DNA of 64,000 nt. Source: Prochlorococcus sp. AG-679-M23 (lineage in GTDB: Bacteria > Cyanobacteriota > Cyanobacteriia > PCC-6307 > Cyanobiaceae). The stretch spans positions 1 through 64,000 of the forward strand of contig QCUR01000004.1 in the NCBI GenBank assembly GCA_003208875.1, written 5' to 3'. A program made the position numbers and the translations under genes. Every line of letters starts with the position of its first letter. Within the stretch, counting starts at the first letter, position 1. Under the pieces are notes generated by a model. The model saw nothing but the letters and a program-made list of their open reading frames with translations. It made no database searches and was not told the DNA's origin. Positions 20,000 through 31,011 of this stretch are shown here, piece by piece.

Positions 20000-20644
20000 G
20001 TGCCTATTTTACCAAAACAATTGGTTGTAATCGGAGATAGTTCAGTATATGGATGGGGGGATACTGTAGGAGGAGGATGGTGCGAAAGACTAAGAAAAGA
20101 TTGGTCTAAATTTCATGATTTTCCAATTATTTATCCACTAGGGGTAAGAGGAGACGGAATTGAAAAAGTTTCTTTACGTTGGGAAAAAGAATGGTCATCA
20201 AGAGGAGAAACAAGAAGAAATAAACCCAAAGCAATCCTCTTAAATGTGGGTCTTAATGATACTCCAACAATTGGACAAAAAAATGGGCGGCACCAATTAG
20301 AGATAAATGGATTCGAGTATGGATTAGAAAGATTAATTTTTGAAATGAAGTCCCAAACTCAAGTTTTTGTAATTGGGCTAACCCCAGTTGATGAAAACAA
20401 AATGCCATTTGCTGGATGTTTATGGTATTCAAATGATTTCTGTCATTCTTATGAGAGAAGAATGGAAGAAGTCTGTATAAATCAAAATGTCCCTTTTCTG
20501 GCAACTTTTAGAGAAATGTACTCAGATAATAGAAGTAAGAATTGGATCGCAGAGGATGGTATACACTTAAATGCACATGGACATCTTTGGATTTATCAAC
20601 GTCTTAAAAGTTGGGATATTCTTAATAAATGGAAGGAATCCTAA
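20000..20644 (+). CDS. SGNH/GDSL hydrolase
   Basis: GDSS, GLND, DGIH. Confidence 0.9.
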   Translation: MPILPKQLVVIGDSSVYGWGDTVGGGWCERLRKDWSKFHDFPIIYPLGVRGDGIEKVSLRWEKEWSSRGETRRNKPKAILLNVGLNDTPTIGQKNGRHQLEINGFEYGLERLIFEMKSQTQVFVIGLTPVDENKMPFAGCLWYSNDFCHSYERRMEEVCINQNVPFLATFREMYSDNRSKNWIAEDGIHLNAHGHLWIYQRLKSWDILNKWKES

Positions 20645-20661
20645 TTTTATTAAAAGGTAAT

Positions 20662-21405
20662 TTAATTAGAAATTTTGAGATAAAAAATTAGAACAAAAAT
20701 AGCAATTATAGAAGAAATACTTGTTTGAATAGAATTTACTAATTCATTACTTAATTTATATTTTTCTTGAAATTTAGCTCCAATAAAACTTTCAGAAATT
20801 GTTGCTAAAAAACCAGAAATTACAACTATCAAAAATTGATATTTTGTTGAAATAATATTTAAAATAAACATTATTAATGACATAAATAATGCACCTAAGG
20901 CACTTGCCGCTGTACCTTCTAAACTAATTCCTCCTTCTGTTCCTCTTTCAACTTTTCTAAAGGAAGTAATTAGGTATGTATTTCTACCAAATCTTTTTCC
21001 TATTTCACTACCAAAAGTGTCAGCCAACTTTGCGGCAAAACTTGCAGCAAACCCAATTTTGTAAAAGACTAAATTAGTAAAATTCAATTTAACCATTATT
21101 GCAAAAAACAATCCTGTTGCAGCCGAACCCCAAACATTTTCAGGGCCTCTTTTACCACCTCTTTTTTCAGCTATCCCTTTTTCATTTTTAAATTTATAAC
21201 CAATTTTTGTCACAAGAGATCCAAGGAATAAATATATTACAACAGAGCTCCAGCCTTGCCATGATAAACATCCCCATAAAATAGACCCTAATATCCCAGC
21301 ACTTATCCACCCACCTTTTGTCATCAATGGGACTCTAGAAAACAAAGAAATTAAAATAAGATTAATTAAAAAACCAAATAAAAAATCATTAGAAAGTAAA
21401 TTCAT
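20662..21405 (-). CDS. DUF92/TIGR00297 membrane protein
   Basis: RGPENVWG, ADTFGSEIG, GTEGGISLEG. Confidence 0.88.
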   Translation of the reverse strand: MNLLSNDFLFGFLINLILISLFSRVPLMTKGGWISAGILGSILWGCLSWQGWSSVVIYLFLGSLVTKIGYKFKNEKGIAEKRGGKRGPENVWGSAATGLFFAIMVKLNFTNLVFYKIGFAASFAAKLADTFGSEIGKRFGRNTYLITSFRKVERGTEGGISLEGTAASALGALFMSLIMFILNIISTKYQFLIVVISGFLATISESFIGAKFQEKYKLSNELVNSIQTSISSIIAIFVLIFYLKISN

Positions 21406-21409
21406 TTTT

Positions 21410-22183
21410 TTAAAGAATTAATTTAAGATCATTACGCCATTGACTAAGAATTGAAGTTGCATTAACAGTAGCTGTTGAAGTTCTTAAAATACTTTCTGAA
21501 AGTTTTACAAAAGCAATTTTATTTTTAATAAAAAATTCAATTTCACCTTGGGACCAGCCTCCTTCCGGTCCAATTACATTCCATAAAACTCCTCCTTTTT
21601 TATCCAAAACACTTTGCTTTTTTTTTAACCAATGGGTTAAATTATCAGAGCTATTATCTCTTGTAACAGATACTGAAATAATATCTTTATTTTCTATAGA
21701 ATTTATCCAGTCGAATAAATTAATATCACTCAAAATAGATGGTCTCCATAATCTCTCACATTGTTCAACAGATTCATTAACAATTGAATCCCATCTTATA
21801 AGTTTATTTGAGAAGTTGGTATACTTCTTAACTTGTCTATCTGAATACAAAGGTTGTATAAAATCAATTCCTATTTCAGTACACATTTTTAGAATCTCTT
21901 CAAAACCATTTTTAGGAATAACAACAGCTATTCCTAATAAAATTTTTTCTTTTTCTTGAAATAAATAAGGATTATTAATATTGTTTATCTTTATAGAATT
22001 GTCCTCTAAGTTTATAGCTTTCCATAATGAACCTTGGCCATTAGTGATAAATATTTCTTTACCAATTTTTATTCGCATTACTTTATTTATATAGCGCGCT
22101 TCATTATTTGTAAGTTTTAAATTATTGTTCTTGTTATTAATTATTCTTTTATTCTGTATAAATAATCTTGTTAAATCATCCAT
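21410..22183 (-). CDS. rsmE: 16S rRNA m3U1498 methyltransferase
   Basis: TEIG, EQCER, IGPEGG, ILRTSTA. Confidence 0.92.
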   Translation of the reverse strand: MDDLTRLFIQNKRIINNKNNNLKLTNNEARYINKVMRIKIGKEIFITNGQGSLWKAINLEDNSIKINNINNPYLFQEKEKILLGIAVVIPKNGFEEILKMCTEIGIDFIQPLYSDRQVKKYTNFSNKLIRWDSIVNESVEQCERLWRPSILSDINLFDWINSIENKDIISVSVTRDNSSDNLTHWLKKKQSVLDKKGGVLWNVIGPEGGWSQGEIEFFIKNKIAFVKLSESILRTSTATVNATSILSQWRNDLKLIL

Positions 22184-22192
22184 ATATAAAAA

Positions 22193-22636
22193 TCAATTTT
22201 TAAAAACCAAATCTTCATGTTCCTCAATCGACCAATCACTATTTTCTCCCCCAATTATTAATTCATCAATTTTTACATAATTATTAGATATCTCATTTAA
22301 CGCATTTATTAAAATATCAATAGAAAGTGAATCTGAAGTTCCAAAATCAACCCAACTTCTTGACCATAAATTTTGATATTCCATAACACCTAAATTATGC
22401 ATCAAGGCAGGAAGAGCAGATTCTTTTTGCTCATTATCGTATGACATCCAACTTAAATCAGAGCCCTCTTCATGTGTTTGTAAATTTTCAGAATTAAAAC
22501 CACCTAACCTACCTAGAACATACCAACTATCAAAAACTCCATCTAAGTAGTTTTTTTCTGCTTCAGTGGGTATTTCAAAGAATTTTATCCAAATCCAACA
22601 ATTAAAAGGATCAACTTCTCTAAATGCAATATTCAT
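22193..22636 (-). CDS. DUF3531-family protein
   Basis: WYVLGRLGGFNSENLQ, WVDFGTSD. Confidence 0.8.
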   Translation of the reverse strand: MNIAFREVDPFNCWIWIKFFEIPTEAEKNYLDGVFDSWYVLGRLGGFNSENLQTHEEGSDLSWMSYDNEQKESALPALMHNLGVMEYQNLWSRSWVDFGTSDSLSIDILINALNEISNNYVKIDELIIGGENSDWSIEEHEDLVFKN

Positions 22637-22721
22637 TTTTACTGTTATTTTTTTTTAGATCTATAGTTATTATAAGTTGATAATTCAAAGTTTAAATTTT
22701 ATACCTACAACTAAATTAATA

Positions 22722-23369
22722 ATGCTTGATTTAAAAGATATTACTTATCAACCTCAAACAGGAAATAAAAAAATATTAGATGATATTAGTTTCAATCTTC
22801 ATGAAAATGAAATTATATTAATTTGTGGCAAAAGTGGTTCAGGAAAAACTACTCTATTAGAAATAATAAGTGGACTAATTACTCCTCAGAAAGGTAAGAT
22901 CACTTGGAAAAATAAAAATATCACTGCTAGGCAAAGAAGATGGATAAGTGGAGTAGTATTCCAATTCCCAGAAAGATACTTTTTAGGAACAACCATTGGG
23001 AAAGAATTAAAAATTGGTTATAAATCATTGAGAGAAGAAAATATAGAACAAGTTTTAAAAAAAGTTGGGCTATCAGATATAAATCTTACTCAACCTCCTG
23101 AGAAATTAAGTGGTGGTCAACAGAGAAGATTAGCTGTAGCAGTTCAACTAATGAGAAATCCAACTATTCTTTTACTTGACGAACCAACTGCTGGTCTTGA
23201 TTGGTCAATGAAAAATGATGTTAAGAATTTAGTTCTCAATCTCAAAAATAAAAATACAATAATTATCGTTACTCATGAACCCTCATTATTTGAGGGTATA
23301 CCGTCTAAAATGTTAGTTCTTGAACAAGGAAAGATTAAGGAATTAACTAAAGGAAATTATGGGGGATAA
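22722..23369 (+). CDS. ABC (ECF-type) ATP-binding protein
   Basis: [32 protein letters not shown] 22722 preferred. Confidence 0.88.
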   Translation: MLDLKDITYQPQTGNKKILDDISFNLHENEIILICGKSGSGKTTLLEIISGLITPQKGKITWKNKNITARQRRWISGVVFQFPERYFLGTTIGKELKIGYKSLREENIEQVLKKVGLSDINLTQPPEKLSGGQQRRLAVAVQLMRNPTILLLDEPTAGLDWSMKNDVKNLVLNLKNKNTIIIVTHEPSLFEGIPSKMLVLEQGKIKELTKGNYGG

Positions 23370-24261
23370 AATTGTACGGGCAACTGCGGCTAATGGTGGA
23401 ATAAGGTTAGTTGCGGTATTAACAACAGATGCATCAATGGAAGCGAAAGAAAGGCATGGATTGTCTTATCTAACTACCTCTATAATGGGGAGAGCTTTCA
23501 GCGCCTCGCTTCTTTTAGCAAGTTCGATGAAAGTAATGCATGGGAGAGTCACTTTAAGAGTAAGATCTGATGGCCCTTTAAAGGGATTACTTGTGGATGC
23601 GGGCAGAGATGGGAAAGTTAGAGGTTATGTAGGAAATCCTAATTTGGAATTAGATCTAGTCAAAACCAAGTCAAATCAATATTCTTTTGATTTCACAAAA
23701 GCATTAGGTACAGGCTATTTAAATGTTATCCGGGATAATGGTTTTGGAGAACCTTTTACCAGCACTGTTGAATTAGTTAATGGAAATATTGCTGAAGATT
23801 TAGCATCTTATTTATATCATTCTGAGCAGACTCCTTCTGCTGTATTTATTGGGGAAAAGATTCAAAATAAAAATATTATTTCTAGCGGAGGATTGTTAGC
23901 TCAAGTTTTACCAAAGAAAGAAACTGATCCATTATTAGTCTCGCTGCTTGAAGAAAGATGTAAAGAAATTAATTCTTTTAGTGAAGACTTATTTAAATCA
24001 AAAGATAATCTTCTTTCACTAATAAAAAATATATTTCCAGATATTGACGATAAATCAATTTCAGAGAAAGCTCGAACTCAAGAAGTTAGATTTGAATGTA
24101 GGTGCTCTAGACAGAGAAGTTTAAATGCAATGAAAATGCTTGATAAAAAAGAGTTAGAAGATATTTTAATTAAAGAAGGAAAAGCCGAATTAGTTTGCGA
24201 ATTTTGCAAGAATAAATATCTAATAAATTCTGAAGAGATTAAAGAGATGATTAAAAATTAA
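23359..24261 (+). CDS. hslO: Hsp33 redox chaperone
   Basis: SEQTPS, CRCS and CEFC zinc motifs. Confidence 0.95.
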   Translation: MGDKIVRATAANGGIRLVAVLTTDASMEAKERHGLSYLTTSIMGRAFSASLLLASSMKVMHGRVTLRVRSDGPLKGLLVDAGRDGKVRGYVGNPNLELDLVKTKSNQYSFDFTKALGTGYLNVIRDNGFGEPFTSTVELVNGNIAEDLASYLYHSEQTPSAVFIGEKIQNKNIISSGGLLAQVLPKKETDPLLVSLLEERCKEINSFSEDLFKSKDNLLSLIKNIFPDIDDKSISEKARTQEVRFECRCSRQRSLNAMKMLDKKELEDILIKEGKAELVCEFCKNKYLINSEEIKEMIKN

Positions 24262-24262
24262 T

Positions 24263-24937
24263 TTAAAGGAAAATTACTCCTATCCACAAAATTATCATTG
24301 CTGGTAAACTTTGAATTTTTTGAATTGATAAAGAGTTATTAGATATTTCCTGAATAAATGAGTTAGTTTCAAATAAACCTCCAAATATTAATCCTATTGA
24401 AAGAAATGTCACACTCCATCCAAGAGAACTAATAAACTTTTTACCTGATTTAATTTGAATATAAGTAAGGATTAAAGTTGAAATAGAAAGCAGAAGTCTG
24501 TTGTAAGAATCAGGACTAATTAAAAGTATTATCAAAAATAATAATCCAACAGATAATTTGATTGAAAGATTATCAAAAGATGGAGGGGTTATTTTGGGAA
24601 GGCTATATTCGTTTGACTTGTTACCATTATTATTCAAATTTTTTATTTTTGATAAAAGCGGGAAATCATTATTAATGAGTTTATTAATTTGTTTCTCTTT
24701 CTTAGAAGCATTTTGAGCTTCGAAACTAACATTACCTGACTGCCTTGCTTTCAAACTACCCATTAACAATTGATCAAAAGATGATTCTACTTTTGCCTTA
24801 AGTAGTAGATCTTCACCAGCCTCCTTAACTTTAAGATCTCTTGCTTTTTGTATATCTTCAAAATCGGCACCTTCGTCAACACCTAATATTTCATAGGGAG
24901 TTTTATCGGGATTATTTTTGCTTTTATTTGAATCCAA
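24263..24937 (-). CDS. CPP1-like (DUF3353) J-like membrane protein
   Basis: PYEILGVDEGADFEDIQKAR J-like start without HPD; C-terminal TMs. Confidence 0.8.
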   Translation of the reverse strand: MDSNKSKNNPDKTPYEILGVDEGADFEDIQKARDLKVKEAGEDLLLKAKVESSFDQLLMGSLKARQSGNVSFEAQNASKKEKQINKLINNDFPLLSKIKNLNNNGNKSNEYSLPKITPPSFDNLSIKLSVGLLFLIILLISPDSYNRLLLSISTLILTYIQIKSGKKFISSLGWSVTFLSIGLIFGGLFETNSFIQEISNNSLSIQKIQSLPAMIILWIGVIFL

Positions 24938-24988
24938 TTGATTTTTACAATAACTATAGATTAACCAATTTTATTATCCAATAGGACT

Positions 24989-26626
24989 TTATAAAACAAT
25001 TGGTTCCACTCCACTAACAACAGGTGCTACTTTTTTTAAATCTAAATTCTCATTATCTTCAATAAATTGATTAAGATTCCATTGATTCTTAAAAAGAATC
25101 ACTGGCCTATTCCAGCAATCCTTTACTACTTTGCAATTAAAGATCCTTCCTAATTCGTCAATTGCTGACCATCCATCTGAAACCCATCGTGCCAATTGGT
25201 ATGGCATAGATTCAAGATTGGCATCTACACCATATTCATTTTTTAATCTATGAATAACTACTTCCAACTGTAATTGTCCAACAGCTGCAAGGATAGGATC
25301 TCTTTTGCTCTCATCAAAGTCATAAAGTATTTGAACAGCACCTTCTTCACGAAGTTCGTTTACTCCCTTCCTAAAGTTTTTAAATGCTGAAGGGTTTGGA
25401 TTTCTTAGCCAACTAAATATTTCAGGACTAAAAGACGGTATACCCTCATATTCAAGATGAGTGCCTGTATATAAAGTATCTCCGATAGAAAACATTCCAG
25501 GGTTATTAAGTCCAATTACATCTCCAGGATAGGCATCATCAACTACTTCTCTGTCTTGACCAAATATTTTTTGAGGTCGAGATAATCTAATAGTTCTTCC
25601 TGTTCTTGAGTGCTTGACTGACATATCCTTTTCAAATTTTCCACTACAAACTCTTATAAAAGCAACTCTATCTCTATGCTTTGGATCCATATTTGCCTGT
25701 AATTTAAATACGAAACCGCTAAATTCATCGCTTGCAGGCTCAATATCTCCCTTATTACTATTTCTTGAAGTTGGTTTTTGAGCCATTTTTAAAAAACTAT
25801 CTAAAAAAGGTCTTACCCCAAAATTCGTCATCGCCGAGCCAAAGAAAACAGGAGTAAGTGAACCATTAAAAATTTCTTCTTTTTCTAATTTCGAACCCGC
25901 CTCATCAAGGACCTCGAGCTCTTCAAGAGAGATCTCAAGTAATTCTTTCTCTACATATTTTGAAAGTTCTTTATCATCTAAACTCATTCTTTTCTCATTT
26001 GACTGTTTCCCTCTAACAGCTTTATCAAATAAAATTACTTCTCTTGTAAATCTATCAATAACTCCTCTAAATTCCTCACCTATACCAATTGGCCAATTAA
26101 CGGGCAAAGTATTCAAACCAAGCTCTGATTCAATTTCATCAAGCAAAGAAAAAGGTTCTCTGCCCGGTCTATCCATCTTGTTAATAAAAGTAAAAATAGG
26201 TATTTTTCTCATTCTGCATACCTCAAATAATTTTCTTGTTTGAGGTTCTAATCCTTTAGCGGCATCTTCAAGCATTACTGCATTATCTGCGGCAGATAAA
26301 GTTCTATATGTATCTTCAGAAAAATCTTTGTGACCAGGAGTATCCAACAGATTTATTACTGATCTTTCATATTCAAACTGCAAGACAGTTGAAGTAATTG
26401 AGATACCTCTTTGTTTTTCAAGTTCCATCCAATCAGAAGTAGCTTTCCTTTGATTACCTCTTGCTTTTACTGCCCCTGCTTGCTGTATAGCGCCTCCATA
26501 CAAAAGAAGTTTTTCAGTAAGAGTTGTTTTACCAGCATCAGGATGTGAAATAATCGCAAAGTTCCTTCTTTTATTTACCGCCTCTAAGATATTTTTATTA
26601 TTTAAGTTTTCAGTACTTGCACTCAT
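24989..26626 (-). CDS. prfC: Peptide chain release factor 3
   Basis: [32 protein letters not shown]. Confidence 0.97.
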   Translation of the reverse strand: MSASTENLNNKNILEAVNKRRNFAIISHPDAGKTTLTEKLLLYGGAIQQAGAVKARGNQRKATSDWMELEKQRGISITSTVLQFEYERSVINLLDTPGHKDFSEDTYRTLSAADNAVMLEDAAKGLEPQTRKLFEVCRMRKIPIFTFINKMDRPGREPFSLLDEIESELGLNTLPVNWPIGIGEEFRGVIDRFTREVILFDKAVRGKQSNEKRMSLDDKELSKYVEKELLEISLEELEVLDEAGSKLEKEEIFNGSLTPVFFGSAMTNFGVRPFLDSFLKMAQKPTSRNSNKGDIEPASDEFSGFVFKLQANMDPKHRDRVAFIRVCSGKFEKDMSVKHSRTGRTIRLSRPQKIFGQDREVVDDAYPGDVIGLNNPGMFSIGDTLYTGTHLEYEGIPSFSPEIFSWLRNPNPSAFKNFRKGVNELREEGAVQILYDFDESKRDPILAAVGQLQLEVVIHRLKNEYGVDANLESMPYQLARWVSDGWSAIDELGRIFNCKVVKDCWNRPVILFKNQWNLNQFIEDNENLDLKKVAPVVSGVEPIVL

Positions 26627-26655
26627 TAAATTCTATTTTAACAATCCCATCAACT

Positions 26656-27351
26656 CTAAACCTTACCATAAATGACTAAATATTGATCACCTTCTTCGAA
26701 TACTTCTAAAGAGGATAATTTATTCTCAAAAATAAAATCTTTTAATTCTTTTGAGGTGTAAGAAGCCTTTAATGATGCGTAATAATCATTAGTCAGAATT
26801 TCATTATATTTTTCCCCACATTTTTCTTTTAAATATAAGGCTGATTGTTTATCAATAGGTCTTTTCAGATCTTTATGAAAATTTATAGTCAAATCACTTG
26901 ATAATCTCTTTATGCAATTAAAAAAATCATCCAGATAAGTAATATGGTGAATTAAACTGTTGCTGACTAATAAACTTATATTTTTTCCGAAATAAATATC
27001 ACTTGATTTAAGGCTTTTTATATCTGCACAAATGTAACGCAAATTTTTTAATCGACTCCGATTTAAGGAATTCTTTTTATTTAACTCAGCTATTCGAATC
27101 ATCTCTTTGGAGCCATCAATACCAATAACATTGGCATTAGGCCATTTAGTTGATAACTTTTCAGAAATATTGCCAGGACCGCATCCTAAATCAACAATCA
27201 ATTCTTTTTCACTCAAATGAATATTATTTTTAATCAAGTAATGATTTATTTGACTAATAAGATTATTCTCTCCATCTGAAAAGTCAGCTTTAGCATAAGA
27301 ATCAACTTGGTCTTCTCTTTCCATTAATTCAGGTTCAACAGTTCTTTCCAT
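26656..27351 (-). CDS. Class I SAM-dependent methyltransferase
   Basis: VDLGCGPG, GIDGS. Confidence 0.85.
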   Translation of the reverse strand: MERTVEPELMEREDQVDSYAKADFSDGENNLISQINHYLIKNNIHLSEKELIVDLGCGPGNISEKLSTKWPNANVIGIDGSKEMIRIAELNKKNSLNRSRLKNLRYICADIKSLKSSDIYFGKNISLLVSNSLIHHITYLDDFFNCIKRLSSDLTINFHKDLKRPIDKQSALYLKEKCGEKYNEILTNDYYASLKASYTSKELKDFIFENKLSSLEVFEEGDQYLVIYGKV

Positions 27352-27396
27352 AAACTTCCGTGAACAAAGATTTCATAATAAACATATTTTTACACA

Positions 27397-27443
27397 AACC
27401 GTTAAATAGTGGTAAGAATAGTTGCAGACGCCACAGGTAGAGT
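27397..27443 (+). promoter_or_regulatory. Candidate tandem NrdR boxes
   Basis: AACCGTTAAATAGTGG (27397) and ACGCCACAGGTAGAGT (27428), about 10/16 each to acaCwAtATaTwGtg, 31 bp apart, upstream of nrdJ. Confidence 0.45.
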
Positions 27444-27483
27444 TATTCTTCCTTTACGGGTAAATTTACATACTTTTTTTATC

Positions 27484-29817
27484 GTGACAATTGCACCAAA
27501 TAAAGCTTCCTCTGAGAGCAATTCTAATAATCTTAGAAAAGATGACTTCCCAAAAACAGCTCCCGCTGCTTATCCTGTCTTCTTTAGGTCATATAGCAGA
27601 AAGACAGTTTCCGGGAAAAGAGAGAATTGGAGTGAAGTTGGAGAAAGAAATTTATCTGGATTAAAAGAATTAGGAAAACTCTCTGATCAAGAATTGATGT
27701 TAATGAGAGAAATGCAGAGCAACCAAAAGGCTCAACCATCTGGAAGATGGTTATGGATCGGAGGGACTCCATGGATTAATAAAAACCAGAATTTTTCAGG
27801 AGCATATAATTGTACTTCGACAAATTTAATTGATTGGGAAGCTTTTGCCTTAATGATGGATTTAGCAATGATGGGTTGCGGCACAGGAGCAATAATAGAA
27901 CCACATTTTATAAATAAGCTTCCAACAGTAAAAAATAAAATAACTATTAAATCAGTAAGCGAAGTAGGAATAACTCCTAAAGATCAAAGGCAGGAAAAAT
28001 CTTCTTTAGAAATTAAAGGCAACGATATTTTTATAAAAGTTGGGGATAGCAGAAGAGGCTGGGTAGATAGTTATAAATATCTTCTTGAAGCATCAAGCAA
28101 TGAAAGTCTTGAGAAAGAAGTTAATGTTCATATTAACTTAGAAGATATTAGGCCAGCAGGAGAATCATTAAAAGGTTTTGGAGGTATGGCGAATCCTATT
28201 AAATTAAAGGATCTATACTCTCGAGTTGCTTCTCTATTAGGAAAAGCAATTGGTAGAAAGCTAAATACAGTTGAGTGTTGCTTACTTATTGACGAAGCAG
28301 CTGTAACAATAGTTGCCGGCAATATAAGAAGAAGCGCTGGCATGAGGCAGTTTGCATCTGATGACAAAGAAGCAGCATCAGCTAAAGAGAATCTATGGAG
28401 TCAAGACGAAGACGGTAATTGGAGAATCGATCCCGAAAAGGACGCTCTTAGAATGGCAAATCATACAAGGGTTTATCATACAAAGCCCTCTTATCAAACA
28501 ATTCTGGATGCTGTAACCAAGCAATTTCATTCAGGTGAAGGAGCAATTCAATTTGCGCCAGAAGCAATAGCAAGATCAAATGCAGATATTTTGAACGGAG
28601 AAGATCTCAAAAATGAATTCATAGAAATATATTCGGAACAAGGTAAAGAGGAAGCTAGAAATTGGATTAATCTAAATTACGGACCTTTTTCTGAAGAAGA
28701 ACTAGATCATAGAATGAGTAGATATGGACTTAATCCTTGCGGAGAAATATTAGGCAACGATTTTCATTGTAACTTGGCCGAGGTTCACCTAAATCAGATA
28801 GATCCGAAAAATATTGAAGAACAAAAAAAAGCCTTTAAAGCTGCAGCTCTTTCAGTGGCATGTTTGCTAAATCATGAATTCGAAGTTGAGAGATATAGAA
28901 AAAGTAGGGAGTATGATCCTATTGTGGGAGTTAGTTTTACAGGATTATTTGATTTCTTTGTACATGCGTTTGGGACCCCTTGGTTGAAATGGTGGGAAGC
29001 TGGGAGACCTTACAACGAAGAAGGAAAAGAATTTAAAAAGCAAGAAGCTAAATTCTTAGATTCATGGAGAAAAACTGTAAAAGAAACTGTTTGGGAATAC
29101 TGCGACAAACATAATCTCAGAAGACCTAATAGATGCACTACAGTTCAACCTGCTGGCACCAAAAGTCTTTTAACAGGAGCTGCTCCTGGATGGCATCCAC
29201 CTAAAGCACAAAGATTTTTAAGAAGAATAACCTTCAGAAAGAATGATCCTATTGCTTTAGCTTGTATGGATTATGGTTACTCTGTTGTTCCATCTCAATC
29301 CGATAAAGATGAAAAAGGATGCTTGCTTGATAATCCATTTGACCCAAGATGTACTGAATGGCTCGTTGAAATTCCAACAGAAGTAAGTTGGGCAAACATA
29401 GAAGGAGCAGATCAAATAGATATTAATAACTTCTCTGCCCTTGCACAATTCGATTTTTATATGCAAGTTCAAAAGTTTTATACAGAACATAATACTTCTG
29501 CAACTGTTGAATTTAGAGAAAGTGAAATTGAAGATTTAGCAACAGCAATACATAATGCAATAGAAAATAACGAAGGTTATATTTCTGCAGCATTATTAGC
29601 TCGATTCAGTGCAAATGCTACATTCCCAAGATTACCTTTTGAACCTATAAGCAAAGAGGAATATTTATCTTTGCAGGAACAGGTAACTGAAAGGAAAGTA
29701 AATAATGATTTCTTTGATGCACTTAATAAATATGATATTGGAGAGCTCTCCGAAGCAGGACCAGCTGGTTGTGATTCAGATAAGTGTTTACTTCCGTTAG
29801 CTAAACCAGAAAATTAA
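27484..29817 (+). CDS. nrdJ: Class II adenosylcobalamin-dependent ribonucleotide reductase
   Basis: PSGRWLW, YNCT, NPCGE, TTVQPAGT, C-terminal GCDSDKC; GTG 27484 preferred. Confidence 0.95.
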   Translation: MTIAPNKASSESNSNNLRKDDFPKTAPAAYPVFFRSYSRKTVSGKRENWSEVGERNLSGLKELGKLSDQELMLMREMQSNQKAQPSGRWLWIGGTPWINKNQNFSGAYNCTSTNLIDWEAFALMMDLAMMGCGTGAIIEPHFINKLPTVKNKITIKSVSEVGITPKDQRQEKSSLEIKGNDIFIKVGDSRRGWVDSYKYLLEASSNESLEKEVNVHINLEDIRPAGESLKGFGGMANPIKLKDLYSRVASLLGKAIGRKLNTVECCLLIDEAAVTIVAGNIRRSAGMRQFASDDKEAASAKENLWSQDEDGNWRIDPEKDALRMANHTRVYHTKPSYQTILDAVTKQFHSGEGAIQFAPEAIARSNADILNGEDLKNEFIEIYSEQGKEEARNWINLNYGPFSEEELDHRMSRYGLNPCGEILGNDFHCNLAEVHLNQIDPKNIEEQKKAFKAAALSVACLLNHEFEVERYRKSREYDPIVGVSFTGLFDFFVHAFGTPWLKWWEAGRPYNEEGKEFKKQEAKFLDSWRKTVKETVWEYCDKHNLRRPNRCTTVQPAGTKSLLTGAAPGWHPPKAQRFLRRITFRKNDPIALACMDYGYSVVPSQSDKDEKGCLLDNPFDPRCTEWLVEIPTEVSWANIEGADQIDINNFSALAQFDFYMQVQKFYTEHNTSATVEFRESEIEDLATAIHNAIENNEGYISAALLARFSANATFPRLPFEPISKEEYLSLQEQVTERKVNNDFFDALNKYDIGELSEAGPAGCDSDKCLLPLAKPEN

Positions 29818-29896
29818 ATATTAAGTTATTTGTAAATTAATTAAATTTTGTTTTTAAAAATTCAATACATGGCTACATCTTAAGTAGGTATGTAAA

Positions 29897-30160
29897 TTGA
29901 CTATGACATTAAGCTTAAATATTGGTAATTTTTTTAATGATTCATCTACTCATGCTTTAGTTGACGAGCTTAGGAAAAGAAATACAGAAGAATCAATATT
30001 AGAATTTGAAGAAAAATTCAACTCATCAAACGAAAAAAATCTACATATTTATATATGTAGATTTCTTAAAAATAGATCTATATCTCGAGCTTTAGCTTCT
30101 AAGTGGCTAATTACAATGATTAACGACAAAGAGTCAAAAATTAATTCTCTGAAAAATTAG
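29897..30160 (+). CDS. Conserved hypothetical protein
   Basis: ORF track; start TTG 29897 or ATG 29903. Confidence 0.7.
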   Translation: MTMTLSLNIGNFFNDSSTHALVDELRKRNTEESILEFEEKFNSSNEKNLHIYICRFLKNRSISRALASKWLITMINDKESKINSLKN

Positions 30161-30164
30161 ATAA

Positions 30165-30365
30165 TTAAGTTAGAGCAGAAAGCCTCCAAAGTGCTATCCC
30201 AAAAATTGAAACACCCATTATTAAAGTAAAAGCCAAAGCATTAACCACTTGAACCTTCTCAGTCATGACATTCGCGAATGGAAGTAACTGCGCATACAAA
30301 GGTTTGTCTTCAACTACTGAAGCTTTTTTACTAGGAGATTTTTTGTTTCTTGAGAACATAAACAT
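30165..30365 (-). CDS. Hypothetical protein with C-terminal TM helix
   Basis: ORF track; GAGG upstream. Confidence 0.65.
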   Translation of the reverse strand: MFMFSRNKKSPSKKASVVEDKPLYAQLLPFANVMTEKVQVVNALAFTLIMGVSIFGIALWRLSALT

Positions 30366-30570
30366 CGTTATAATCCTCTGAATTTTACATTTAAAAAGTA
30401 AAGTTATTAAAAATAAATAGATTAATTGAACAAAATGTAACCTGCTTAAATCATTAAATTCTTCTAAAAAAAGATTTCATCCCACTTAAAAGATAAATTT
30501 TCTTCGATTTAGCAGCATAAATGTCATTTAAAGCCTTCACAAAAAATTATCTATGTGTTAGTATTAATTT

Positions 30571-30584
30571 GTAGCAACCGCTAC
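30571..30584 (+). promoter_or_regulatory. NtcA box in repressor position
   Basis: GTA-GCAACCGC-TAC (GTA-N8-TAC) 6 nt downstream of a TAGTAT -10 (30559-30564). Confidence 0.75.
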
Positions 30585-30587
30585 CAA

Positions 30588-30650
30588 AACGTTCAACTTG
30601 TAATAATGCAAGCCGCAAATCGACTCAAGCCATGGAACGGGGACTTGAGC
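30588..30650 (+). ncRNA. Downstream-peptide (glutamine-II) riboswitch, Yfr6-type leader
   Basis: P1 CGTTC/GAACG, P2 CTTGTA/TGCAAG, pseudoknot CTCAAG/CTTGAG; precedes a YRG peptide. Confidence 0.85.
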
Positions 30651-30667
30651 GAAACCGGAGAAAATAG

Positions 30668-30769
30668 ATGACACTTATCTACAGAGGACAAAAATACGTC
30701 CAAAACAAAGTAGCTGCAAAAAAACAGCATACAGAATTAACTTATAGAGGCAAAGCTTACACAAGTTAA
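30668..30769 (+). CDS. DUF4278-family 33-aa peptide (MTLIYRGQKYVQNKVAAKKQHTELTYRGKAYTS)
   Basis: GGAG SD; duplicated LxYRGxxY motif. Confidence 0.88.
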   Translation: MTLIYRGQKYVQNKVAAKKQHTELTYRGKAYTS

Positions 30770-30784
30770 TTACTGTACAAAAAT

Positions 30785-30814
30785 AAAAAAGGCCACGTTA
30801 CGTGGCCTTTTTTT
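30785..30814. terminator. Bidirectional intrinsic terminator
   Basis: AAAAAA-GGCCACG-TTA-CGTGGCC-TTTTTTT between convergent small genes. Confidence 0.9.
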
Positions 30815-30846
30815 ATGGTTCAAAATATCAGATGCTCAATTTATAA

Positions 30847-31011
30847 CTAACCATCATAAATTTTACAATGAGAATTTGTAGGATGCAAAATACATTCCTC
30901 ATCCCAGTACTCATTAAAAGTATCTTTTGGTAATTGATAATTAAAATCGTGCATCCTCCATATGTCATTCATTGAATTGTTGAGGATGGTAAAAGGTGTT
31001 GTAAGTTTCAT
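30847..31011 (-). CDS. 54-aa protein with CP12-like C-terminal Cys motif
   Basis: Hand-read MKLTTPFTILNNSMNDIWRMHDFNYQLPKDTFNEYWDEECILHPTNSHCKIYDG; AGGAAGG SD. Confidence 0.75.
   Translation of the reverse strand: MKLTTPFTILNNSMNDIWRMHDFNYQLPKDTFNEYWDEECILHPTNSHCKIYDG

Noticed and set aside
27409..27483. Cobalamin riboswitch or N-terminal extension before nrdJ
   Set aside because: Leader too short and lacks the B12-box architecture; NrdR-like boxes explain it better
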